Of a stretch of 64,000 bases of DNA, positions 34,601 through 47,200 are shown in pieces. A program made the position numbers and the translations under genes. The stretch is from Tubiluchus corallicola (taxonomy: Eukaryota > Animalia > Priapulida). The stretch lies in the NCBI GenBank assembly GCA_030141605.1, contig JAQGDQ010002375.1:455254-519253 (forward strand), given 5' to 3'. Below the pieces are notes generated by a model, which ran no database searches, had not been told where the DNA came from, and saw nothing but the letters and a program-made list of their open reading frames with translations. The number at the start of each line of letters is the position of its first letter. Positions within the stretch are counted from its first letter, which is position 1.

Positions 34601-37600
34601 ACCAGCTGTTAGACCCGATGCTGATCAGTTTTCTAAAGTAAACACAATTTTGTTACATTACAGGTAGTCGTCGACATACGACCTATACAAATTACGACTA
34701 TTCGATGTTATGATCCGACCGCAGTTTAATTTATTATACAAAACCAACTATAACTCATCTTTCCTTCTATTTTTTTAAATAAATTAACTTTAAATTGCTA
34801 TGTGTTTTGATAAATTCATAGTAGGTGCCGCCATACTTAGTGTGTGCACACACGCAACGTAGGGGGCTCTGCTTGAGTATACATTGAATATGCTGGTCCG
34901 ACTTGCGTCCAATTCGTATTGCGATCAATCTCCTGGAACCGATTGGGGTCGTAAATCGGCATCTACCTGTACTCTTGCAAATAAAGATATAAATGCCCGT
35001 TCTTTTCATTTTCAACATTTTCTTACATATAGCGGATGCTTCATAAATATTCTCTAATTTCTGTTTCGTATGTGCTGGATGAAATTTGTCTGGTATGATG
35101 AACTTTGAATTGAACAAGTTCTATTTGTGGATTTAGTTCATTGTGTACATTTTAGTGTTTCAATTTTGCAAAATTGTAAATTCGTGTTATGCTGCTGATT
35201 TCATTATCTTGTATTGTAATCAAGTGAGTTTCTGGATAAATATTTGATGCTAATTATTTTTATTTACACAGATACCATTTTTTGAAGACGTTGGTGCCAT
35301 GACCTTGCAGTACCTTGACTCATTATTTCAGAGAGATAACTTGCAAAAGTCTCAGTTTTTTAAAGGTCTTCCTCAGATTTTGTCAAAACTACCAAAAGTG
35401 AGTTTAAGTCAATATTTTTTCAAGCTGTCATAGTAATTTTTATATGTTTCAGTATGTTCTATGGTATTCCTAAGTAGCTTTATCACAATACAGCTTTCTC
35501 TTCAAGCTCAGTAAAAGTAGAATCATATTTGTTTTGAGACTCTGTCATTAAGAATTCTTGTGAAAGAAAGTTGTTCTTTTTCAAATGAATCTTAATATTT
35601 AAAACAACAAAGTTGTTTTATATTTGGGCAGTGGTGCAAAGTCTTAGAACAAATGCTTTATCTGTCAACTAAGTTACGGTAATACTTTCTTATTTTCTGG
35701 GCTCAGATCTCAGATGTTTTTTTTGTGTGAAATAGTGACTTTATATTACAAATTACAATGTGTAAGTTAAGTTTTTGTGTCAATGTGGGATGTTGGAAAT
35801 TGGATCTTCAGATCAACGGGTGATCTGCTGAGCATAACATATGATATTCAGCTTAGACAACTTGATTGAGCAGATTTACCCCCATCTGTACATTTTCTCC
35901 TTTTTTAGGACCATCTTCCCCCATTATTTCAGTTGTTAATGAGTGTTTACTGTATAGTTAATTACTAGTTGCACAGTTTTACCTTGCATTTATTATTTTC
36001 AGAGAGTCAAGCATCAGCGTGTTCTGACATGTCTAGTCAAAGAATTTGTAAATCCCGAGATGATTCCATTTGTTCTACCGAACGTATTGCTGATTGCTGA
36101 AGATTCAACAAATGCTGAGTATGTGGAACTTATTCTACCGGAATTAAAACCTGTGTTCAAGGTCACCGAACCAGTTCAGGTGAGGATGGCTTAATTAGAA
36201 TCTTCTGGAGAAAGTCTAAATGTGGTTATAGCTATGTTTATAAACGTGAATAATAGTAATCAGTAATGTGTCCAGCATGCTTCAGTGATTACTGAAGATT
36301 AAATGAATTAAAGCCGGGCATGCAGTTGAGTCAACTACAAGAGTTGTAAGCAAACCAGAAACAGAAGCATCTTCTGTTACATTTTTGCTGGTAAGTTTAT
36401 CAGTTTGTTTACATCGAGGAAGACTTTTGATTATTTTTATAATAAGGAGGATCACTTTGATAATAAAAACTTATAGTCGGAAATAGCTTAATTCAATGTG
36501 GAAAGAAGAATTAATCATTTTGAAATAGCCTGCATGCTAATGATTTCAAACTAGTAGCTGAAACGAAAAAGCAAAATAGAACTAGAGCACTGTTCAGGTT
36601 TTTAATTAATAGAACTTAAAACTACGTAAACTTGTATTAAACAAGCAAAACTTAGTTGCATTTTGGCCACATTTGTATGTCAAGGTACTGCTTTTAACAC
36701 TTACTGTATTAAAACAAAGTGGCTGCATGCAATGATAAAATGTACTAAAAATGGCAATTGTAAACATACACTTTTCAGATATACTATTTTCAGGAAACTG
36801 CAATGGAAATAAGAGGGGAAAACCCCAGTGTTATGAATAAAAAAAAATATGTTCAAAACTAGTATTTCTACTTTAATTTTCTAATGGCAGTGACTTAATC
36901 ATAGACATCAAGGTGTGCCCAGACTAATATATTTTTAGTGTCACACTTTTATATTCATTGGGTTGATAAAAGTACTAAAAATGGATTGTAAACATACACT
37001 TTTCAGATATACTATTTTCAGGAAACTGCAATGGAAATAAGAGGGGAAAACCCCAGTGTTATGAATAAAAAAAAATATGTTCAAAACTAGTATTTCTACT
37101 TTAATTTTCTAATGGCAGTGACTTAATCATAGACATCAAGTTGTGCCCAGACTAATATATTTTTGTGTCACACTTTTGATATACTGTCATTATAGTGTTA
37201 GACAAGCGAGCTGCTGTGTGCCACTTTAGAGTGCACTAAGTCTGATCACTGTAATTACAATATTTGCAGGTGTTGTTGATTTTCATGCAAAAGATGAGTC
37301 TGCTACTGTCAAAGACACCCCCGGATGACATTCGTAATCATGTTTTGCCAATGATTTATAGAGCTTTGGAATCAGATACTACTCAAATCCAGGTATCATT
37401 AGTGATACATATCAGTGATGACTTCAGAATCATATAAATAATGAAAAAGTAATTTTGAATATTTTAATTTCTTTAAATACATTCTTTCCTTTATACTATT
37501 TTTAGTTTTCTCCCATGTAATATTGTATGGATTGGAATAGCACTCATTCCACTATTAAAACATCATAATTGATTGTGATTGGGTTTTATAGGAGTTGTGT

Positions 37601-40600
37601 TTAGGTATAATTCCCACTTTCGCCAACATGATAGACTACCCATCTATGAAGAATCACTTGCTTCCTCGACTTAAGAAAATTTGTTTAGAGTCTACATCAT
37701 TATCGGTGAGTTCTAGCTTGCAGTACTTTTTCCAAGATATTCAATACGGTAATTTTTTATAGTTATTGATCACCCAAGCAGATGGAGTTGATGTAGTTTT
37801 TTATTAATGTAACTGCTAGAGTGGCAGTCACATTTTAAACTGCAGTCTTCTCTGTTTGTAGAGCCACCTGATGAAAATGCAACTCGTTTCAGTTACAAGT
37901 TATTCTCAAAAAAATAACTAGTTACAGTTACAGTTCCTTTAAAAAGTAACTATTGCATGAACTTATCATGTTTGGCATGGATATAGAAATCATCAAAATT
38001 CATTTTAGAATGAAATTACACAGCTGATTTGTGTGATAACAGAAACTAATGTGTAACACCAGTTAACTGTACAGAACTAAAAGAAGAGTATAATAGGTAG
38101 AGTAGAGCATTTAAACTTCGTGCAGTTAATAAACTTTTGGTTTGATTCTAGATAAACGTAATGGTAAAAGTAGCTGTTATTTTCACTGAAAACAATAATT
38201 TTTTGTTTAAACGGTGCATAAATTCGGCATAATGTTTGTAGTGATTCTAATTTGCCACATGTTATTGAAACAGCAAAGAAAACTTTTGGGTGAATGAATG
38301 AGTGAGGGAATATGTGGTCTATAAGATGTTTCTAAAAGTCACTATCATATTGCCTAATTTTTAATTTATTTACAGACCCGAGTGAACTCTCTAGTGTGCA
38401 TAGGTAAATTACTTGAGCACTTTGACAAATGGCTGGTTCTGGATGAAGTGTTACCTATTTTACCACAGATTCCGTCTCGTGAGCCGGCTGTGTTAATGGG
38501 AATTTTGGGTGAGTTTAGCGTGAATCAGCTTTCTTATAAATTTGAACTGCTTTGCGTCGTTCTCACTTATAGCTAAACATCAGATTTCAAAAGGTATTGG
38601 TTGTAAATTCTTTAACTCAATTATTGTTTAATCAGTTTGTTACATTTTTGGAGCATGGCAATAGTTTAGTAATGACTGAATGGCTTATGTATTTTTTTTG
38701 TTTTTTAAAACAGGTATTTATAAACAGACATTGACTCACAAAAAGCTGGGAATGACGAAGGAAATAATGTCTGTTAAAGTTTTGCCATTTCTTTTCACCA
38801 TCTGCATTGATAATAATCTTAGTTTAAATCAGGTAATTCCTTTCGTGCGCCCTTTTTCTAATTTAGAAATTATTTGTCTCATTATATATTTAACGTGTTG
38901 AGCGTTTTATCTTTTTTTTGTTATCTGTGTGTTTAGGTGTTGTTAAAACTCGGTTGATACAAAGCCAATTATCAGTTGCTACTTTACTACAGCTAAATCT
39001 CAATAATGCTAAATTTTTGATAAATGTGCATAATCACCTATGATTATTACGAAGAATAGTATCATGAAAATCCTGCTAAAGATGATGTTAATTGTTGCAT
39101 GTTCACAATTTGTTAGTTGTTATGATCTTGATACTAGGCCATTTCTGTAGGTTGAATGACGTGTGGCACCAATTACAACGGTTTAGTTTTGTATTTGTGC
39201 AAATATGTTGTCTGCACAGCAGTTCTAAGTCACTCATCATTACGTAAACACTATCGCAAAAAAATTTGAAGGCAGCTGGGACTCCATTTCCTCAAGTTTG
39301 TCTTAATAAGCCATTTAACAGGAAGTGGAAACAAACTCTTAGGATGTGGACCCATTTATAATACTATAAATATTTCCATACGTTGCCGTTGCGTCAGAAG
39401 AAACAGTGCATTTGTGATTGACAGATAATGAAATGCGAATTGTAGTTACATTCGCCAAATTTACCATTTTTCAAGGGAACGACAGAAAGAGTACCTATTT
39501 TGTTGAATTATAACATACGTATTGTCACTTCTGGATACACCTGCAATCACATTGCTGTCATCCAGATTTTATTTATCAGGCGAAGATTTGTTTTGCGTTT
39601 CAGTTCAACTCTTTCATGGTCTTAATAAAAGATATGATAAGTCGAGTCGAAGCGGAACATCGAACAAAATTGGAACAATTGAATCAAATGCAGTTGGAGC
39701 AGAAGTAAGTGAAACAGTTCACTTGTTTGTTACTTTTATTACAAATAGGTGACTTGGAAAACTTATATTGTGATCATTTAGTTAATATTTACTTATCTGT
39801 AGGTCATGGATGTTACAAGTTACATCACATACATGATGGTGATACATTTGTAAGTTTTATGACAATGTGACATTTGGGCTTCATTTACTGCAGCCTAAAA
39901 ACTTCAAGGTGACCTAGATTTAAGTACGTCATGTAATGGTACTAGTACGTATAGCTTGCTTTAGTGTAATTGCCTTTTATTGTTGACTAGGTCAAGCTTG
40001 GAATTTAGTCAAAACTTGAGTCAGACAAGTGAACCTGGGAACTTGATAACAGGCATACAGAAGAAGCCAGAAACTTCTGTATGTAATGTTTATTTTAATT
40101 TGTTTACATTATTATCGGGTATCTATAGTATATTGTAACCTATTATTTACAATTACAATGTTTATTAATTATTCACTTAAATGATATCTATATTAGATTT
40201 GGCATACAGTATTTCGGAATATATGTTTATTCTTGCGTTGTAGTAAGTTTAGCAAAATTTGCTTCTGTGGCACATTGGATAAAGCTGTAAACTTTTGTAT
40301 TATGCTGCAGAGGTTGTCGATCAGCGCATTTTAGATTTTCCCACTGTATTTTATTGTTCACTTTTAACATTTTCTGCCTCATGCTTATTTGCCTATGAGG
40401 TCATTTCTTTGTAGGCTCATCATCCCAGAGTCAAATCATTGATGTTAATCCTGTAAAGTCATATCCTAATATCCTGTCCTGATTAATTTCAAAGTGTTTG
40501 TTTCTTTGAATGTTGCCCAATGCAGAATGAATTTAAAAAATATAGTTGTGTGTAATTGCTGATTACTGTTTAGAACAACTTGTGACTTTGAAGTCATCTT

Positions 40601-42423
40601 AATGTGAACGCCAAAATTAAAGTCTCTGTTTGCTTGTTGTACTTGCAACTTTTATGTTTGTTAGCAAGCTATGTTAGACATGTTAAAATCCTAAAAATGA
40701 CTAGCATTCAGGATTTTGTGCTACTACTAAGCGACGCTTAATTTCTATCACCACAAAAATTTCAGAGAATGCTACTTATTTGCATTGTAGATGGAACAGA
40801 TATTTAGTGGTTTCGGCCTTGGTAATTTTTTGGAACCTAAACCGGTGACAGAGGTCATACGTTCCTCCTCTCCTGCTAGCTCTCAAACTTCTGATGCGTC
40901 GCCATCATTGTCACGGAAGGAACCGGAACAAACTGCAAAGGTAGAATTTGATATCTTGTTACTAGAAATTTACGAATCTTTGGCAGTTTTTTTTCAGTTA
41001 GTTTTTTGGACTTACAAAATAAGAATGACCTTTATTTGAAATGGGTTTTGTAACGACCAGTCAGCATTAGCTAGAATATTTGTGTCTGCCACCGAAGTTA
41101 CATACATATAGAGACTGATATTGCAACTCTGTTACTTCAATAAACTCACATACTTTGACAAAGGCTCAGCAGTGCCTTTAAGTCAATGCATGTTGAAGTT
41201 GAGAATTGCAATGTAGCTCTTCAGTGTTCATTGCAGTATTTATACCTTGCAGTGGCTCAAAATATGTGTAGTTTAATTTAGCATTTGATTTACTTAGCAC
41301 AAGTGTGATTTGCCCAAAGTGTGTGAAATTAAATTTTTCCAAAATTTACACTTTAACTTTCCCACTTTTTGTTCTATTGATAATTACGTTCTACAGTTTG
41401 CTTTGTTATTTCTTTGTTGACAGTGACTTTTTGATATTAAAAATACTGCGTTACGATTTAAATAGTTGTGTTTTAACTGTCTTTTAGCCTGCCTCCCTAA
41501 CAATGGAAGAAAAACAACGACTGGCGAAGGAACAAGAAAATATGCAAAGATACAAAACTCAGAAGTCCATCAAGGCGCTTACTCCTATAAATGCCACACC
41601 TCAGTCCAAAAAGATTCCTATGCGTGACTTGACTGGAACTTTGGGAAGCAACCTGAATCCGTCTGTTTTGCAGAACAAATTTTCTTCTGGATCTGAACCA
41701 GTACAAACTTTTTCCACAAATATGACACCAAGCTTGTCTCAACAACCTACATTTGGGACTGCAAATAACAGTTCAGCTTTCTCTAGTTCAGGAAGTTCAG
41801 TTTTCAAAGGATCAACTGCAACTAATCCATCGCATAATACATCTTTTGTAAGTACGTCATATGCAGTTCCACCCATAAGTAATACCACATCACCTATGAA
41901 CAGTTTATCACATGGAACCTCAACTGTCAGCAGTGCAACAAATTTCATGACAAACTCAACGTTTCAGTCAGTTGGTTCAGGTTTTGGCATGAGTTTAAAC
42001 AATGTTGGAGCCTTGCCACAATCTTCAATTCAGCAGTCATCTTTTCAGTCATCAACTTTTAACAATGATGGATTTAGTAATTTTCAACAGGCTCCTGTAT
42101 TGCCTCAAACCAGGCCTGGTGTGCAGCCAACCTCCAATGTTCCAAAAAATATGGCAGCTCTAGACAATTTATTTGGTCCACCCAAACGGTCATTGCCAAT
42201 GAACCAAATGCAATCTCCACCCAGCCAAGGGTTGGGGAACACCATGGGCACTGGCATGAATATGCAAACCCGTCAGATTAATACTTCTTTTCAAAGCATG
42301 ATGTCAAACCAGCCACAGGCAGTTAATCCACAAAGCATCATGGGAAATCAAACAATGGGAATAATGCAACCTCAAAAGACCCTGCAGCCGAGGAGTCAGG
42401 ATATATCCGATATTTTTGGATAA
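31665..42423 (+). CDS. SCYL2: SCY1-like pseudokinase 2 (CVAK104), 17 coding exons, about 1004 aa
   Basis: In-phase GT-AG exons (3015 nt): 31665-31826, 31954-32041, 32203-32272, 32452-32596, 33156-33305, 33717-33932, 34521-34637, 35272-35397, 36003-36179, 37270-37392, 37592-37705, 38376-38508, 38714-38832, 39604-39704, 39991-40078, 40791-40940, 41488-42423. SCYL2 hallmark peptides: GNPVTREF, LRHPRLLTIQHPLEESR, LAFATEPVFASLANVLG, FQRDNLQKSQFFKGLP, IPSREPAVLMGILG, LTMEEKQRLAKEQE and C-terminal DISDIFG. Confidence 0.95.
36733..37177. repeat. Near-identical tandem duplication of about 215 bp (period 231) in a SCYL2 intron
   Basis: 36733-36950 and 36964-37177 differ by only a few small indels and one substitution. 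Confidence 0.92.
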
Positions 42424-44027
42424 TTCTTAGTGACAGTACATGCTTTGTGATTTTTTGTACTGTAGCATTTTGGCAAATTGAGACCCTTGCTTAGAGCAAT
42501 GTGTTAAGATTGGCAAGATTAGTGTGCTTAACATGTGCAAGTGAGTCACATGCTTTTGGTTCATATTGAGATCATTTGTTCTCATTCTATAGGTATGTGC
42601 CTGTACATGAACCAATTTTGAGTTTTTTGCCTGCTGACAGAGCATTTGATCACAATCTGCTAGTTATTACATCATTACAATAACCTAATCTCCAATTTCT
42701 TAAAATGTATCACGAACTTTCCAGCTGTTTACTTTTATCTTTACTTAAAGGTAATTAATTAAATATGTAATAATACAAATGATTATAGGTGTTGCTATAA
42801 TTCTTTTGTGCAATTTTGACAAAATTGTTGTGATAGTAGTCTGAGATGGCATGGTAAGTGTGCAAAGATATTAATCACTTCAGTACTATAAATGCCCGTT
42901 TGTTTAATATTATTGATTGTAGGCCTAATGTTTATTAATAACAATTTTAATTGATAAATCAGTAAGTTTATTGTACAGTATCACATACTGTGACAAAATT
43001 AATATTGAATAATTTATAGAGGAATATAATGTTCTATAAAAATTCTATAGCAAATATAAATAGGTCTACTCGCTGTTATTACATACATGTTATTAAATAA
43101 TTATTACATTTTTTATTATTATTTGATGTGCGCTGATTGACTGTTGTAATAATAATGATTATTTTGTTTTTATAACTTCTGTTGAAGCATTTCAGTTTAT
43201 TTCTGCTGTTTGAAAAACAACTGACATGATCGGGAACTAATGTTTCGGTCAATTAATTGAAAAATCAAAATGCCCAATTCATAGTAAAGTTAATCATAAT
43301 TAATTTTTGTTTCACTAACTATTTTGGCAAATTAGAAGTTTTGGAATCTCATTGCAGACCCTTAAGTGTGAATGGATTTTTTTAAAAGTTGCTGAAAAAA
43401 GGCATAAAAAATAAACAAGAGAATTAATTGACAAGTGAATGTCAGTTATGAAACTGACAAACCGTGAGGTGACGCGAAGTTAAACGTGTCCCTCTTAAGC
43501 TAAACTAGGAAGGCATGATTACAGTAATTTCATGTAGACACTGGCATGCTCCTAGATTGAGTGGGGTTGTAACTGAGTCTTCTCAGATTATGCTTTGCGT
43601 CAATAGCTCGTGACTGCATGTGTTAGATCCTGGCTGTTTACACTATAAAGTAGTGTAGTTAAGAAATCATTGCCTTCTTAGCTTAATATCCCAGATTATG
43701 AGCCAGGCTCCGGTCATGTCAGAAACTGCATTGAGAAGTAGCTGCTAATGAGTGACAGATTTCGGCTTTCAGTGTGCCGAAGTATAATTTATAAAAAAAT
43801 GAACTAAGTTTAGCAAAAAGTAAGAGGCAAACACATCTTTTGACCATACGATAACTCCGTCAGTTTTATCGGATACGTAGGCCTAATGTAGGATTCAGCT
43901 AGAATTGACAATGGATCAGGTTCCTTTTGGCACGGTTCAATAATTAGTTCATACATGTCATCAGAAACTCAAGGCAGCGAGAACAGTGTCCGCTATGAGG
44001 CCTGGCGAGTATTACATTCTCTGCTGG

Positions 44028-44083
44028 TAATCATGATTATAGTGATAATGATAGTGATGATGACTGATGATGAAGATAATGAC
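44028..44083. repeat. Degenerate (GAT/TGA)n trinucleotide tract upstream of the INTS2 ATG
   Basis: taatcatgattatagtgataatgatagtgatgatgactgatgatgaagataatgac; it may be the tail of an old retroposon. Confidence 0.6.
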
Positions 44084-44245
44084 TAGCGAACTAAGAATAC
44101 CAACAGCTACAGTTTGAGTGGTGAAAAAACTCTGCGTGAACGTGACTTGAAATAGCAAGATGTCAGCCCCCTGTTGTTGAGGATTGTGTGTGACACTGCG
44201 TGCTTTAAAATTATGTTGCAAACGTTGCTCATTTAAGTTATAACG

Positions 44246-47200
44246 ATGGATTATCCTGTATCGACTAGAGCATTCAGAGTAGTACAGCGCGTGGACGTAA
44301 ATTTGTTAAATTCTATGTCTGAGAAAGAAATACGTCCGATTTTACCATGTTTGGTACGAATGTCTCTTTGTGCACCTTTGGATTCGAGCCATGAATTTGC
44401 GGAAAAAAAGAAAATGGTGCTAAAGATTTTGTCTGGCATGTCAGTAGTGAATACTCTAGTTAATTTGCTGTCTATAGATTTTGAGGAGTTAGATCACGAC
44501 ATGAGAAAGGAGATTCAAATTAGGTAATATCGCTGTTTAATCCGTTCTATTCAACTGTCTCATAACGTTTTTGCATATTTTGACAATAAGTGCCAGATAA
44601 ATGATGAAAAAATGCTCTTACATTATTAGCAGAAAAGCTGAATTGAAAGCTTTTATGATGCTTCGCCTCATCAATTGATTGTTGATGCAGGCATCCTCTG
44701 ATTGAACTTTTGCATTTTTTGCTGTAAGAGGAAAAATTTATAAAAAACTTAACTGGCCAAATTACAGCCAGCATCGATTTCTTTTTTTAATTGAACTGTA
44801 AATATGTGTCTTTATCTTAATTTGTTGACAAAACCAGTATATTATAATTACAGTTGTAATGTAAAGAGTTTTGAGTTTGAATAAACATAATTATCAGACC
44901 TACTAGACTAATACTAGTTAAACAGTAATGACGACCCGCAATCATGAAATAGGTTTGTGCGTACAAGTTATTAGTGACTGTCGTATAACTTAAACATGGC
45001 CAGACTTCATAACATGAGGAGGTTTTTCCTAAGTGGATGAATGTGGCAGACCTAACTTCTAAGTCATGTAATAATTTTCACGAAAGCTAAACAGAGGAAC
45101 AAGCAATGAACTGAAGAACACTCATTATAGAACAAGTGTGTAATATACTAACCAGTGGTGGCTCATAGCTAAAATTAGTGGGGATGCTGCTTCAGAAAAT
45201 TTTTAGCGATTGCATTAATACTGTGTAAAATGGAACAAACATATGTAATTTTAATATTGTAATTTGTAATTATAATTTTAAACAAACAAATATACTAAAG
45301 TTTATATATAAACTTGATAAAATCCTAAACAAAACAAAAATTTTTTTTTGCTTACTAATAGCCTAAAGTTGTCGCAGTTCAACCTTGATCCATTCGCGGT
45401 AAGTACGTGACAACTGACAACAAATCGTGTGAGTGACTGTGAAGCAAACAATACTACTCTACTTGTTCTGGTTCCGTACAAATATAAAGAAAGAACTAAA
45501 GAAAGGAAACTTATTATAATGAATATTATCGATGATATTGAGTGAAAATACTAACTAGTACCCACTGATACTAACATGTTTGTGTCACTGTCAGTGTTTT
45601 AGCTTCTGAGAACTTACTGTACCAGGGAGCAAGAATGCAAGTGCAGTGGATTTTTTTATTAGCTATAACGTGGCAAAAGAATATTTTGAGATTTTGAAAA
45701 ACTTTGAATATTTGTACCTGGTAATTAAAATGAAACATTTACATGAATGTAAATCAGAATCTACTAGGAAAAAAATTCACTGTTAATAAAACATATCGTT
45801 ATTAAACGAAATGTTGTTAGTTGAGTAATTACTGTAACCTATATACTTATATTATTAAGCTGTGATCACTCATTGCAGTATCTTTACTATATATTCTATT
45901 AAGTGACATTTTCTTTCAGGCAGAAAATTGGCTCAGATAAATCAGAAAGTATACTAGCAAATTCCCTGCAGCATGGTATAGGCTTAGAATTTGAACGAAG
46001 TGCGATGCCTCGAAGAATGCGACTTCTGTTAAGTGAACTTCTATTAGTCATGGCACAGGTATAATAGCTTTCTTATGTAAATTGATATGTTTACGAAAAA
46101 ATGACATTCATGGACACTGCATAAAATTTTAGATATATGAAATTGCACGCCAATTGTATACGTGTGCTCTTCCTTAATACTTTTTCGTAAATGCTGTACT
46201 GCAAATATTGCACTCTACAAGAATTTATCCAGGCAACATTTTTTAGTTTGGTTGAAAATGCAATTAATTTTTGGAGTGAATTTAATGGATTTTTAACAGA
46301 TTTCTTATTATATTTCAAAAGTAAAGCTGGGTATAGGGCAACTTTTTTTCATGCCAATTTGATACACTTTGTTTTTGCTGTTTTTGTTCAACACAGTCAG
46401 TTATTTGCCTTTTGTGTGACTGTCAATAAATACTAATGTCCCTTATTTCAGATGAAAGAACACCACACAGACTTTTTTGTAAAGCAGTCAGAGTTGTTCG
46501 ATAGCAAAGTTTATTTAGAAGATATCTCTGATGTGCTGTGCATCACACAAGCTGGTAAACTATCATTCTTAGAGTTATTATCATGAGATTGCACAATGTA
46601 GGTCATTGACTTTTAAAATTAGTAATTCTTGCTCGTATTTCGTGTTTATTGAATATTGCTGTGATTTCCTTAGAGTGACGAAAACTTGAAATAAATGATT
46701 TATGACTTAAAAAAAATAAATGACTTATATTCATGTTTAATTTTATTGCCGTGCCAGATCATATTACGAGGCAATATCCTAATATAGATTACAATAATTT
46801 TAACAAATTCTTTTCATGTAAACATAGGTTTAATATGTTTAAATTGTGTTTTGAAATTTTAATTGTGTTTGGTATTTAACAGGTGCATAATTTAAGTGTT
46901 ATATTTTTTATTATCTTCTTCCATGTGCTTCTAAATAGCTGTGTAATAATGTGTTTATGTAATATGGACCATAAAGGTCAGTTACACTATTTGTGAATGT
47001 GATGCACATATAACTTTTATTTTGGTTGATAAACTAGCTAACTAACTAACTAACTAGTAAGCCGGTAATAATTGTCAAATCTTTTATAAAAAAAATATGT
47101 TAGATTTCTTAAGGTTGATTTCAACTGCGACTTTTGTCTAGAATTGCCAGGTTTACTTCCATTGGTTGAAGTCAGTGAAGCATTGTTGCACCTCAAAAGT

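Noticed and set aside
45153-45190. hAT-like terminus CAGTGGTGGCTCATAGC
   Set aside because: I found no matching second TIR or TSD, so no element can be delimited.
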